The notes: a model not told the origin generated them from the letters alone. A stretch of DNA of 64,000 nucleotides from an uncultured Solibacteraceae bacterium (GCA_964423815.1 CAYRGW010000017.1:606-64605), one strand, 5' to 3'; shown: positions 8,482 through 17,925, numbered from the stretch's first letter. A program made the numbers and translations.

Positions 8482-9846
8482 ATGCTCCTGAGACGATTGT
8501 TGTTGATCGCGTTGTTGCTGTCCCTGGCGGCGGCGACCCTGGCGCTGTGGGGCGTCGAGCGTGTGCGTGCCCGTGATCGGGCGCGGGCGGTTGAGTGGAT
8601 GGCGGCGTCGTTCCAGACCGACCTGATTCGCGCGCGGTGTGAGGCCAATCCCAAGTGGTTCCTGGCCGGGCCGCGTGAAAACGCGCCGTCGGCCGAGTTG
8701 ATGGCCAGTCCCGACGCGGACGTCCTGGCCCCACGGCCGGATTCCAACCCACGTCCGGTGGAATTTTTCGCCTACGACATTGAATACATCGGCCAAAGCA
8801 CCGCGGCGCCGCGGCTGAGTGCGAGCATGCGCGCCCTGCTGCGAGCGGGTGAGATTTCGATCACCGAAACGCTTGAGACGGGCGAGGGCACCGGCGTGCA
8901 GACGGCGCTGGCCACGCGGTGGGATGGGCCCTGCGCGGTGCTGCTGTTCCGGATGCACCCCGAACCGAATCAACTCCGCCAGCGGGCGATTCTCTTCAGC
9001 GCGTTCACGCTCGGGGCGTTTGTCGTGACGATGCTGGTGGCGTGGCCGGTGTACGGCCGAATTCGTCGTGTGGGCTCGCAGATGCGTGCATCGGCGCGGA
9101 CCGAATACCGTGAGCCGGCATCGGTGCGTGGGCGCGACGAACTCAGTCAACTCGGCTTTGCCTTCAACGAGGCCGCACTCGACATCAATCGGCTGCAGAC
9201 CGACCTGCGGGACCGCGACGGCGATCAGCGTCGTTTCCTGAACTACATCACCTCCGATACCGACGCCTTGCTGCAGTCCGCGATGACGTCGGCCGACTAT
9301 CCGCGCATCGTGGAAGAGGCGCTTCGGCTGAGCAATGTCGTCGTCGGCGCGCATCTCCGCGATTCGGCCGCGCGTCCTCCGGCGCCCGTGGATGTGGGCG
9401 GTGTGGTGACCACCGTGGCGCGCGAGTTTGCACACCTTGCCTCGCAGCGGCGCGTGACGATTGATCTCCAGCGCCTGGATCCCGGTGTGTTGCTGCAGGG
9501 CGAGGCGCTGTTTCTGGCGCAGGCGCTTCGCAATATCTTCATGTTTGCGATGGACCGCGAGCCCGCCGGCGGTCGAATCACCGTGGAATTGCGCAAGGGC
9601 GCGGGACGGGATTTTTCGCTCCGCGTGTCCGATACCGGACCCACCCTCACCGATCCGGAAGTGCGGAAACTCAACGCCGTGCGTCGTTTCCGTGGCGATG
9701 AAGGCCGCGGCGCGGACCTCCGAGGTGACATAGGACTGGGACTCGCGGTGCTCCACGAGGTCTGCCACCGTTTCCACCTCCAGCTGGTTTTCCAGCGCCC
9801 AGTCTCGGGTGGCCTTGAGGTCGAGCTGAAGACCACCGGGGACTAG
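8482..9846 (+). CDS. Membrane sensor histidine-kinase-like protein (HAMP-like linker, DHp, HATPase_c) with Ser at the expected phospho-acceptor position
   Basis: Two TM segments flank a periplasmic domain of about 150 aa. An N-box-like ALRNIFMFAMD, a partial G1 (VSDTGP) and a G2 (DIGLGLAV) are present. The H-box equivalent reads RFLNYITSDTDALL, with Ser258 (nt 9253-9255) where His is expected. Confidence 0.75.
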   Translation: MLLRRLLLIALLLSLAAATLALWGVERVRARDRARAVEWMAASFQTDLIRARCEANPKWFLAGPRENAPSAELMASPDADVLAPRPDSNPRPVEFFAYDIEYIGQSTAAPRLSASMRALLRAGEISITETLETGEGTGVQTALATRWDGPCAVLLFRMHPEPNQLRQRAILFSAFTLGAFVVTMLVAWPVYGRIRRVGSQMRASARTEYREPASVRGRDELSQLGFAFNEAALDINRLQTDLRDRDGDQRRFLNYITSDTDALLQSAMTSADYPRIVEEALRLSNVVVGAHLRDSAARPPAPVDVGGVVTTVAREFAHLASQRRVTIDLQRLDPGVLLQGEALFLAQALRNIFMFAMDREPAGGRITVELRKGAGRDFSLRVSDTGPTLTDPEVRKLNAVRRFRGDEGRGADLRGDIGLGLAVLHEVCHRFHLQLVFQRPVSGGLEVELKTTGD

Positions 9847-9893
9847 CCGTGAGCCCCGCGCCGCGCGGGGTCGAAGCGGACTAAGATTTCGTC

Positions 9894-12521
9894 GTGAACG
9901 ACGAGACACGACTCAGCGACGATGCCACCAGATTGGTGTCGTCGAACTCCGGCTGGTTGACCTCGTCGGGATCCATTGATCACGGCCGGTTTCAACCCGG
10001 CGAGATTCTCGAGAGCCGCTATCGCATCCTCGGTCTGCTTGGCCGTGGCGGGATGGGCGAGGTGTATCGCGCCGACGACCTCCGGCTTGGCCAACAGGTC
10101 GCGCTGAAGTTTCTGCCACAAAGCCTCGGCCAGGATCCGGTTCGGCTCGCACAATTTCACAACGAAGTCCGCACTGCGCGGCAGGTGTCCCATCCCAACG
10201 TGTGTCGTGTCTACGACATTGGCGAGGTGTCCACCGGCGATTCCGGACCGCCGCAGCTTTTCATCACGATGGAATATGTCGATGGTGAAGATCTCGCGGC
10301 GCTGCTGCGACGCATCGGCCGGTTTCCCGAAGACAAGGCGATCGAGATTGCGCGTCAGGTGTGTGCCGGTCTCGCGGCCGCGCATGACAAGGGCATTCTG
10401 CATCGCGACCTGAAACCCGCCAACATCATGCTCGACAGTGCTGGACGGGTGCGGCTGATGGATTTCAGTCTCGCCAGTGTGGGCGCGGTGACTGATGTGC
10501 GCGCGGGGACGCCGGCGTACATGGCGCCGGAACAACTACAGGGCCGCGAAGTCACCGTGCGGAGCGACATCTTTGCGCTTGGCCTCGTGCTCTACGAGTT
10601 GTTCACTGGTCGGCGGGTGTTTGACGCCAAGACGGTGGCCGAGCTCGTCAGCCAGCACGAGCAGGGCGTGACCACCACGATGTCGGACATCGTCAAGACG
10701 ATTGATCCGGCGGTGGACCGGGTGATCGCGCGGTGTCTTGATCCCGAGCCCGCACGCCGACCGGCATCGGCACTGGCGGTGGCCGCGCAACTGAGCGCCG
10801 ATCCACTCGCCGCCGCGTTGGCTGCCGGGGAGACGCCCTCGCCGGAAATGGTTGCGGCCGCCGGCGGGATGGCCGCGGCGTTTTCTGTGCGTGTGGGCCT
10901 TGCGTGGGCTGCCGCCGGTCTCGTGCTGGCCCTGGTGGCCGCATCGTTCGCCGACCGCGTCACGATGCCCGCGCGTGTGCCGTTCAACAAGCCGACGGTG
11001 GTCCTGGTGGACCGCGCGCAGCAGATCCGCGCGCAGCTCGGCTACACGGAACCGTTCGCCGACTCGGCCAGCAACTACCGCTACGACGCCGACTACTTGT
11101 TGTGGGCCGCCAATCAGACGGGCAACCCGTGGGCGACGTTGCCCACCGGACGGCCCGCCGCCATCCGCCTCTGGCACCGTACGAGTCCACAGGTGCTGAT
11201 TCCGTTTAGCGACCTGAGCCGCGTCTCCCTCGCCGACCCGCCGTCCTTGTTGACCGGCATGACCGTCACAGAGCTCGACACCGAAGGACGTCTGCTCCAG
11301 TTCCTCGCAGTGCCGAAACAAATCGAACCGACCGACGCGGTGGCCACGGCCGAGCCGGACTGGCCGGCAGCCTTTGCGCTGGCCGGGCTGCGTTTCGAAG
11401 ACTTTCGCGAGACCACCTCCCAATGGACACCGCGCGTCCATTCGGACACTCGCCGCGCGTGGGAAGGTGAGTGGCCCGAGTTGCCCGGGCACCCGATCCG
11501 TGTGGAAGCTGCGGCCTATCGCGGACGCATCGTGGTGTTCGATCAAGTCGCACCCTGGAGTCGCGCGACCCGCGAGGTGCCGCCACAAGCGCAGCCCGTC
11601 CGTTGGATCAGTCTCGTCGGCGGGCTCATCATCTTCTCGTTGCCTATTGGGGCGGGCTGGATGGCGTACCGGAACGTGAGGGCGGGGCGCGGTGACATGC
11701 GCGGGGCCATGAAAGCCGCCACGTTTGTAGCGGCGGTGACGATGGCGACGTGGGTGGTGGCACCCAGCCACATCCCGCAACTGGAAATCGAACTCAACCG
11801 TTTCTTCCAGATGATCGGGTTCTCCCTGTTTCAAGGCGCGTTGCTGTTCTCGGTGTACCTCGCCGTTGAACCGTCGGTCCGTCGGTTGTGGCCGGGTTCG
11901 CTGGTCTCGTGGTCACGCGTGACGACGGGGCACTGGCGCCGTGACCCGCTCGTCGGACGCGATCTGCTGATCGGCGCCACCATCGGCATTGCGCTGAACG
12001 TGGTCACGCGCGCGTATCAGGTTGTTCCGCTGGCGCTGGGAATGCCGGACACCCAGCCGGCTGCCGTGGAGCTGGTCGGCATGTTGGGAGTACGGGACAC
12101 GATCGTGGCGGTGGCGAATCGTGTGTTGTGGGCCATGCAGAATGCCTTCATCGGAATCATGGTGATGGCCATCCTGCGTATGTTCATCAAACGGCAGTGG
12201 CTCGTCATTGTGCTCGTGGCTGCGGTGTTCACGGTCGTCACGACACGGACCAGCACTGCGTCGCCGACGTTCTGGGTGGACTTCGCGTTGAGCGCGTTCC
12301 TCTCGCTCGGTATTCTTGTCGCGCTGTTCAGATTTGGCCTGCTGGCCTCGTGTGTCATGTTTTTTGTGTACTTGACCACATCGGGATTGGCGCTGACGCT
12401 GAACACATCGAGTCAATATTTTGCGTCGAGCGCCTGGGTGCTGGCGCTGATCGTGGCGTTGATTGCCATCGGTTACTGGTGGGCGCGCGCGGACGAACCA
12501 CTTCTGGGCCAACAGACCTGA
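9894..12521 (+). CDS. Hanks-type Ser/Thr protein kinase with extracytoplasmic domain and C-terminal polytopic membrane domain
   Basis: Contains LGRGGMGEVYRA (Gly loop), VALKFL, HRDLKPANIML, DFSLA, and TPAYMAPE. It has one TM segment after the kinase domain, about 230 aa outside, then multiple TM helices. GTG start. Confidence 0.9.
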   Translation: MNDETRLSDDATRLVSSNSGWLTSSGSIDHGRFQPGEILESRYRILGLLGRGGMGEVYRADDLRLGQQVALKFLPQSLGQDPVRLAQFHNEVRTARQVSHPNVCRVYDIGEVSTGDSGPPQLFITMEYVDGEDLAALLRRIGRFPEDKAIEIARQVCAGLAAAHDKGILHRDLKPANIMLDSAGRVRLMDFSLASVGAVTDVRAGTPAYMAPEQLQGREVTVRSDIFALGLVLYELFTGRRVFDAKTVAELVSQHEQGVTTTMSDIVKTIDPAVDRVIARCLDPEPARRPASALAVAAQLSADPLAAALAAGETPSPEMVAAAGGMAAAFSVRVGLAWAAAGLVLALVAASFADRVTMPARVPFNKPTVVLVDRAQQIRAQLGYTEPFADSASNYRYDADYLLWAANQTGNPWATLPTGRPAAIRLWHRTSPQVLIPFSDLSRVSLADPPSLLTGMTVTELDTEGRLLQFLAVPKQIEPTDAVATAEPDWPAAFALAGLRFEDFRETTSQWTPRVHSDTRRAWEGEWPELPGHPIRVEAAAYRGRIVVFDQVAPWSRATREVPPQAQPVRWISLVGGLIIFSLPIGAGWMAYRNVRAGRGDMRGAMKAATFVAAVTMATWVVAPSHIPQLEIELNRFFQMIGFSLFQGALLFSVYLAVEPSVRRLWPGSLVSWSRVTTGHWRRDPLVGRDLLIGATIGIALNVVTRAYQVVPLALGMPDTQPAAVELVGMLGVRDTIVAVANRVLWAMQNAFIGIMVMAILRMFIKRQWLVIVLVAAVFTVVTTRTSTASPTFWVDFALSAFLSLGILVALFRFGLLASCVMFFVYLTTSGLALTLNTSSQYFASSAWVLALIVALIAIGYWWARADEPLLGQQT

Positions 12522-14131
12522 TGTCACACAAATCGCGTCGTTCTTTTATCAAGAAGACCCTGGCGCTCGGCGCGCTGACCGCCCTCTCCTCCCGCACGAA
12601 TCTTCGCGCAGACGATGGGCATGACGACTTTGACTTCGTCGTCATCGGCGCAGGCTCGAGCGGATGTGTGGTGGCCAACCGTCTCTCGGCGGATCCACAG
12701 GTGCGCGTTCTCCTGCTCGAGGCGGGTGGTCCCGACGCCAATCCATTGATTCCGGTGATTGGGCAGTGGACGGCCCTGACCGGTTCGGAGGTGGATTGGA
12801 ACTACGTCACGGAACCCGAGCCAGGCCTGGGCGGTCGATCAATCCGATGGCCCCGTGGCAAGACCTACGGTGGTTCGAGTGCGATCAGCGCGGCGGCGTA
12901 TGTGCGCGGGCATCAACTCGACTTTGACGGCTGGGCGCGGGAGGTTGGGCCCACCTGGAGTTATCGCGAGGTGTTGCCGTACTTCGTCAAGTCCGAAGAC
13001 AACTCACGAGGCGCGTCGCCGTTTCACGGTGTCGGCGGTCCGGTTGCCGTCAGCGACACCACCGATCCCCATGCAGGGCACGACGCGTTTCTGGCGGGCG
13101 CCGGCGACCTGGGATTTGCCGCTGATCGGCAGTGGGACTTCAACGGTTCCCAGCAGGAGAACGGCGCAGGGTTCTATCAGAAAAATCTCAAGGCCGGTCG
13201 TCGGCACTCCGCAGCCGACGGGTATCTGAAGCCGATCCTGCAGCGACCCAACCTCACCGTTCGGCCGTGGAGCCAGGTTCGACGGTTGTTGTTCACCGGC
13301 ACACGTGTGACCGGCGTGGAATATCTTCGCGGCAGCGCGAAGGCCGGCGTCGTGCCGGTGGTTGAGCGTGTGGACGTGAACCGTGAGGTCATCGTGTCCG
13401 CCGGTGCCATCGAGTCGCCGAAGATTCTGATGCTCTCCGGCCTCGGACCCGCGGAGCACCTGCGTGCGCACGGCATCCCTGTGGTGCTGGATCTGCCTGG
13501 CGTCGGCACCAATCTCCACGACCACCCGCGTATTGGTCTGCGGTGGAATGGGTTGACCACGTTGCCGGGGTCGTCGGTGTCAGCCGGGCTTCTGGCGCAT
13601 TCGGGTGTGAACAAGGGCGCGCCGGACCTGCAGTTCTATGTTGGCCGTGGTCTCAGTGCGCCGGATCAGGCGATTGCGTTTTCCGTGGTTGTCAGCCGGC
13701 CGCACAGTCGCGGATCCCTTCGTCTGCGTTCGGCCGATCCACTCGCGCCACCGCTGATTCATGCGGGCTACTTCTCGGATGCCCGCGACATGGCTGCGGC
13801 GGTCGAGGGTGTGCGCCTTGCCCGGGCGATCGCACACACGAGAGGGTACGAGCGCCTGCGTGGCGCGGCGGCCGATCCCCTTGAGACGGATGTCTCGCCC
13901 GAGCAGGTGCGCGCGTTCATCCGTCGCACCGCGTCCACGATTTACCACCCCGGGGGCACCTGCCGGATGGGCACGGGCCGTCTGGCGGTGGTCGACGCCC
14001 AACTGCGCGTGCGCGGCGTTGACGGCCTTCGGGTGGCCGACGCCTCGGTGATGCCGACGGTGGTGAACTGTCAGACCCACGCCGCGTGTGTGATGATCGG
14101 CGAGCGTGTTGCCGAATTCGCCTCATTTTGA
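12521..14131 (+). CDS. Tat-exported GMC-family FAD oxidoreductase (choline dehydrogenase-like)
   Basis: Twin-arginine signal MSHKSRRSFIKKTLALGAL. FAD motif FDFVVIGAGSSGCVVANRLS, and the C-terminal GTCRMG...VVD..LRV.G...LRVADASVMP. The ATG overlaps the kinase stop (TGATG). The upstream part of the tracked ORF (12128-12520) is discarded. Confidence 0.9.
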   Translation: MSHKSRRSFIKKTLALGALTALSSRTNLRADDGHDDFDFVVIGAGSSGCVVANRLSADPQVRVLLLEAGGPDANPLIPVIGQWTALTGSEVDWNYVTEPEPGLGGRSIRWPRGKTYGGSSAISAAAYVRGHQLDFDGWAREVGPTWSYREVLPYFVKSEDNSRGASPFHGVGGPVAVSDTTDPHAGHDAFLAGAGDLGFAADRQWDFNGSQQENGAGFYQKNLKAGRRHSAADGYLKPILQRPNLTVRPWSQVRRLLFTGTRVTGVEYLRGSAKAGVVPVVERVDVNREVIVSAGAIESPKILMLSGLGPAEHLRAHGIPVVLDLPGVGTNLHDHPRIGLRWNGLTTLPGSSVSAGLLAHSGVNKGAPDLQFYVGRGLSAPDQAIAFSVVVSRPHSRGSLRLRSADPLAPPLIHAGYFSDARDMAAAVEGVRLARAIAHTRGYERLRGAAADPLETDVSPEQVRAFIRRTASTIYHPGGTCRMGTGRLAVVDAQLRVRGVDGLRVADASVMPTVVNCQTHAACVMIGERVAEFASF

Positions 14132-14237
14132 GGCCGATTTCGCCTTTTTCCTCTCGGGAGAAACGGCCCGGGACTTGCCCCTCCGGCCGGGGACCTGTTA
14201 ACTTACAAAGGTTCACACCGGTCGGCCCGACCCTTGC

Positions 14238-14311
14238 TGGGACGTCGTTCAACGGTAGGACAGCAGACTCTGACTCTGCTTATTGGGGTTCGAATCCCTG
14301 CGTCCCAGCCA
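14238..14311 (+). tRNA. tRNA-Gln (anticodon CTG), CCA encoded
   Basis: A hand-folded cloverleaf fits. The acceptor is TGGGACG/CGTCCCA, the anticodon stem is GCAGA/TCTGC with loop CTCTGAC, and the T-arm is TGGGG-TTCGAAT-CCCTG, followed by discriminator G and CCA. It closely resembles E. coli tRNA-Gln. Confidence 0.9.
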
Positions 14312-14399
14312 ATTCTTCGCTCACCCCCGATTACTTTTCGTGTACAACCAACTGCGCCCAGCACGTTTGATCCTGCGTGGATGTTGTTAGCGTGGATCC

Positions 14400-15047
14400 A
14401 TGCTCATTCAACGAATCCCCGGTGTCTTCAACTACTGCGACAGTTGGTGCGAACGATGCCGCCTGCAACACGCGTGCGAGGTGTATCACGACGTGCGTTG
14501 TATGGAGGCCGGTCTCACGATCGAACGTGATCCGCCCGTGCACGAATGGCACGACGAGATCGATCTCGCCCCGCTGACGCCAGACGATCTTGCCCACCAC
14601 GCTGCTGAACTGGAGAAACGCGACGCGCTCACCGACAAACATCCCATTGCGCGGAAGGCACAGCTGTACTACCGACACGTCCGCGACTGGACGCTCGCGC
14701 AGCATCCATCCCGTCGTCCCGCCGATCCCGTGGTACATCTGGCGTGGGACAGCATCCACACGCTCTCACTCACCGTCGAGGTCAAAGCTCGTCGCGCCGT
14801 CCACGAACTGATTGATCCTCCCGATGATGATCCACGCGGTGTGCAGTCCGATGGAAACGGCACAACCAAACTCCTGCGACTCATCCTCCGCGAACTGCTC
14901 GACGCCTGGCGCGTCGTGGCCGCCGACCCCGACGAACGTGGCGTCAATCCGGCGGCCATGATGGCGCTGCTCCAGGACCTCGACAGTGAACTGGCGACGG
15001 CTTTTCCCTATGCAATGGAATTTGTCCGGCCCGGGTTCGACGAGTAG
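14400..15047 (+). CDS. Hypothetical protein with N-terminal Cys cluster (CDSWCERCRLQHAC)
   Basis: 215-aa ORF with gene-like codon bias. I recognise no family. Cys-x3-Cys-x2-Cys-x5-Cys lies at residues 13-26. Confidence 0.55.
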   Translation: MLIQRIPGVFNYCDSWCERCRLQHACEVYHDVRCMEAGLTIERDPPVHEWHDEIDLAPLTPDDLAHHAAELEKRDALTDKHPIARKAQLYYRHVRDWTLAQHPSRRPADPVVHLAWDSIHTLSLTVEVKARRAVHELIDPPDDDPRGVQSDGNGTTKLLRLILRELLDAWRVVAADPDERGVNPAAMMALLQDLDSELATAFPYAMEFVRPGFDE

Positions 15048-15089
15048 AGGCCTATTGACTTTCTAAATAACAATGACCAAAATGTGGTC

Positions 15090-15383
15090 ATGACTTTGGT
15101 CAATATAGCCGACGCCAAGGCCCGCCTGTCGGAATACCTGGAACTGGCCTCGGACGGTAAAGACGTGGTCATCTGCCGGCACAACCGCCCCGTCGCGCGG
15201 TTGGTCGCCGTGGACCCTGAGCCCAAGGCGACAGCCGAACCGCGGCCGGTCGGCGGGGCGGTGGGGCAGTTCGTCGTGCCCGATTCCTTCTTTGAACCGT
15301 TGTCGCCGGAGATTGAGGCGATGTTCTACCCGAGCCTCGAGGCGGATCCCCTCACGAAGGTGGCCGAGAAGTCAGGCGCATAA
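15090..15383 (+). CDS. Type II antitoxin, Phd/YefM family
   Basis: The N-terminus is MTLVNIADAKARLSEYLELASDGKDVVICRHNRPVARLVAV. The stop lies 2 nt before the PIN toxin gene. An alternative GTG start is at 15084. Confidence 0.85.
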   Translation: MTLVNIADAKARLSEYLELASDGKDVVICRHNRPVARLVAVDPEPKATAEPRPVGGAVGQFVVPDSFFEPLSPEIEAMFYPSLEADPLTKVAEKSGA

Positions 15384-15385
15384 CA

Positions 15386-15772
15386 ATGCGCCTGCTTCTC
15401 GACACGTGTACGTTTCTCTGGATCCTGACCGACCCTGCGAAGGTGCCGGGACCGGTGCTTGAGGCGTTCCAGTCGCCCGGCAACCAGGTGTTTCTCAGCG
15501 CCGCGTCTGCGTGGGAAATTGCGCTGAAGTATTCCATCGGCAAGTTGCCGCTTCCGTCGGACCCGGTCCGATTTGTGCCTGCCCAGCGTGACGCCCACGC
15601 CATTCGGTCGCTGGAGATCACGGAAGAGGCCGCGCTCCATCAATCGCGGTTGCCGGTCCTGCATCGTGACCCGTTTGACCGACTGCTCGTCAGCCAGTCC
15701 ATCGTGCAGGAACTCACGATCCTCACACCGGATCCACTCATTGCCCAATACGGCTGCCGGACGCTCTGGTAG
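15386..15772 (+). CDS. vapC: Type II toxin, PIN-domain ribonuclease VapC
   Basis: Starts MRLLLDTCTFLWIL (first acidic residue), followed by SAASAWEIALK and a C-terminal HRDPFDRLLVSQS. 128 aa. Confidence 0.9.
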   Translation: MRLLLDTCTFLWILTDPAKVPGPVLEAFQSPGNQVFLSAASAWEIALKYSIGKLPLPSDPVRFVPAQRDAHAIRSLEITEEAALHQSRLPVLHRDPFDRLLVSQSIVQELTILTPDPLIAQYGCRTLW

Positions 15773-17870
15773 TCGGACGCAATCGTTTCACCAGATTGCG
15801 CAACACCCGTTGTGTCATCGACCCGAACGGCTCATCAGTGGTGAGATACGTCCACGTCGCGCCACGTTGCCGCGGCTGATCGTGTGCGGAATCGGCGGAC
15901 GCAAGCCTCGTCTCGACCTCCGCCGCAATCGACGCCGTCATCTCGCCGAACATCGCGTGCACATCCTGGAGATACGACGCGTGCGGGTTCTTGCCTGCCA
16001 GAGACAGCCACGCGGTTCCCGACCGCAGTTCCGCCACTGACGCCAGAAAGTCCGACCACGCGTCGTCGATCACCTCCAGCGTCAGCCGGCGTCGTCGTTC
16101 CGACCCTGCCTCGGCCGGCTGCTCAAGCACGTCCTCACGCATCTCGCGCATTTGCAACCGCTGAGACTCGATCACGGTCTCGTACTTCTTCAGGAAGCGC
16201 CGCAGGTCAAGGCTTCGCCCTTCCGCCATGCGCTGCAGCTGATCCACGTCCACCCCAGGATCGTCGTCGGCGAACTTTGTGAACAGTGCATCCTCCCGCG
16301 AGACAAAAAACTGGGAGCTGCCGGGATCACCTTGCCGGCCCGCGCGCCCGCGAAGCTGATTGTCGACCCGTCGACTCTCGTAGCGGCTGGTGCCGACGAT
16401 GTGCAGGCCGCCGAGTGCAGCGACGCCTTCGCCGAGCACGATGTCCACACCCCGACCTGCCATGTTGGTCGAGATCGTCACCGTGCCCCGTTGCCCGGCC
16501 TTTGTGATGATCGCGGCTTCTTGCGCCTCATGCCGCGCATTCAACACGTGGTGGGGCAGTGCGCCGAGTCGACGACTCAGCAGCTCCGACTCTTCGACGC
16601 TTGCCGTGCCCACCAGCACCGGTCGGCCGGTCGTATGCACCCGCTCAATCTCCTCCACCACGGCATCGTCTTTTTCCCGCCTGGTGGCGAATACACGATC
16701 GGGATGATCCGTACGCGCAAGAGGGCGATGCGTGGGGATGGGGAGAACGGAGAGGCCGTAGATGTCTTTGAATTCCTCGGCCTGCGTGACCGCCGTGCCC
16801 GTCATACCCGAGATGCGAGCGTACTGTGCAAGCAGATGCTCAACCGTCACTGACCCAAGCACACGACCCTGCGTGCGCATGCGTACACCTTCTTTGCACT
16901 CGAGCGCGGTCTGCAGTCCAGCCGGCCAGCGGCGATCAGAGACGATGCGGCCTTTGATTTCATCGACGGAAAGCACCACATCGTCCTGCACGACGTAGTC
17001 GACGTCCCTGGTCAGCAGCACATGAGCGTGTAATGCCTCCTGCACCGCCGCATTTGCCGCCAGGTGAGCGGCCTCAAAGAGGTTGGTGATGCCCATCCAG
17101 ACTTCAACCTGCCGGGCCCCCGCCTCAGTGAGCGCCACGTTGGCCCGTGTGTTTTCGACGGTGAAGTGAAGACCGTGTTGAAGATGGCGCACGGCCCTGT
17201 CGGCCGCAATCGGCAGTGTGGACTGGTCGGCCGATCCGCCGGCGATCACGAGGGGGATGCGGGCCTCGTCGATCAGGATCGAGTCCGCCTCGTCGATCAC
17301 GGCCGTGACGTCCAGCAGCGGTCGATGTACGAGCTCAGCTGTGTCGTACGCCAATCCGTCCCGGAGATAGTCGAACCCCACTTCGTTGGCCGTCGCGTAG
17401 GTGACGTCCGCGCGATAGGCCGCGCGCCGTTCCTCGGAGGACATCCCCTGACGAATTGACGCGACGGTCAGTCCCAGTCGTTCATAGATCCCGCGCATCC
17501 ACTCGGCGTCGCGGTGTGCCAGGTATTCGTTGGCGGTGAGCACGTGTACACCCTGATGTTCACGCGCCAACCAGGCGATGGCCGGCACTGCAGCCAATGT
17601 CTTGCCCTCGCCGGTCTGCATCTCGACGATCTTGCCGTCGGCCAACCCCAGCGCGGCCTGCAGTTGTTCGTCGTGCATCTCGATGCCGAGCACCCGGGAG
17701 GCGACGACGGCGGTGAGGGCAATGACCTCCGGCAGTGTGGCCATCGTCGTGGCTGCTTCGGAGAGGTGTGCATCAGACTGATGCGCAAACGTCCTGCGCA
17801 GGGCGTTGATGTGCGAGACGACGGGGGCAGACGACGAGGCGCGCGGAAATAGAGAACGCCAAAAACGCAT
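15738..17870 (-). CDS. SecA-family translocase ATPase, short paralogue (SecA2-like, 710 aa)
   Basis: All motor motifs are present: MQTGEGKTL (Walker A), VIDEADSILIDEARIPLVI (DEAD), GMTGTA, TNMAGRGVDI, and GRAGRQGDPG. The region between NBD1 and NBD2 is shortened. Only about 190 aa follow motif VI, and there is no Cys/His zinc tail. The start is at Met53, preceded by AGGAGG. Confidence 0.85.
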   Translation of the reverse strand: MRFWRSLFPRASSSAPVVSHINALRRTFAHQSDAHLSEAATTMATLPEVIALTAVVASRVLGIEMHDEQLQAALGLADGKIVEMQTGEGKTLAAVPAIAWLAREHQGVHVLTANEYLAHRDAEWMRGIYERLGLTVASIRQGMSSEERRAAYRADVTYATANEVGFDYLRDGLAYDTAELVHRPLLDVTAVIDEADSILIDEARIPLVIAGGSADQSTLPIAADRAVRHLQHGLHFTVENTRANVALTEAGARQVEVWMGITNLFEAAHLAANAAVQEALHAHVLLTRDVDYVVQDDVVLSVDEIKGRIVSDRRWPAGLQTALECKEGVRMRTQGRVLGSVTVEHLLAQYARISGMTGTAVTQAEEFKDIYGLSVLPIPTHRPLARTDHPDRVFATRREKDDAVVEEIERVHTTGRPVLVGTASVEESELLSRRLGALPHHVLNARHEAQEAAIITKAGQRGTVTISTNMAGRGVDIVLGEGVAALGGLHIVGTSRYESRRVDNQLRGRAGRQGDPGSSQFFVSREDALFTKFADDDPGVDVDQLQRMAEGRSLDLRRFLKKYETVIESQRLQMREMREDVLEQPAEAGSERRRRLTLEVIDDAWSDFLASVAELRSGTAWLSLAGKNPHASYLQDVHAMFGEMTASIAAEVETRLASADSAHDQPRQRGATWTYLTTDEPFGSMTQRVLRNLVKRLRPTTRASGSRIGQ

Positions 17871-17925
17871 GGAAAACCTCCTGCGAAAAAGAGGGTGTGA
17901 CCCCTCGCCAAACACACGGGTTGTG

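Noticed and set aside
9854-9870. A GC hairpin, CCCCGCG-ccg-CGCGGGG, between the HK-like gene and the Ser/Thr kinase gene.
   Set aside because: It has a 7-bp stem, a 3-nt loop and no U-tract. It sits in a 47-nt gap within an apparent operon. Such GC palindromes are common by chance at this base composition.
7729-9909. Very long ORFs antisense to confident genes, for example 7729-9909 (-), 4993-6237 (-), 10536-11834 (-), 26975-28273 (-), 29450-30853 (-), 59640-60851 (-) and 61658-63004 (-).
   Set aside because: Their translations are Arg/Pro/Gly/His-rich low-complexity strings with no motifs, and the opposite strand encodes clearly recognisable proteins. Long stop-free antisense frames are expected in high-GC DNA.
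12128-12520. N-terminal extensions in the ORF track, at 12128-12520, 3893-4054, 40022-40402, 42716-42796, 43402-43503 and 46544-46597.
   Set aside because: These extensions overlap upstream genes or repeats and have low-complexity translations. They precede internal starts with proper signal peptides, SD sequences or family-typical N-termini.
14120-14149. A possible terminator after the GMC oxidoreductase gene (GCCTC-atttt-GAGGC followed by a T-rich stretch).
   Set aside because: The stem is only 5 bp, it includes the stop codon, and the T-run is separated from it by 10 nt. This is too weak to call.
14238-15772. A possible genomic island integrated at tRNA-Gln (tRNA, orphan gene, Phd/VapC).
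   Set aside because: There is no integrase or recombinase. I could not find a direct repeat of the tRNA 3' end downstream. Base composition is not visibly different from the flanks, and the segment is only about 1.5 kb.
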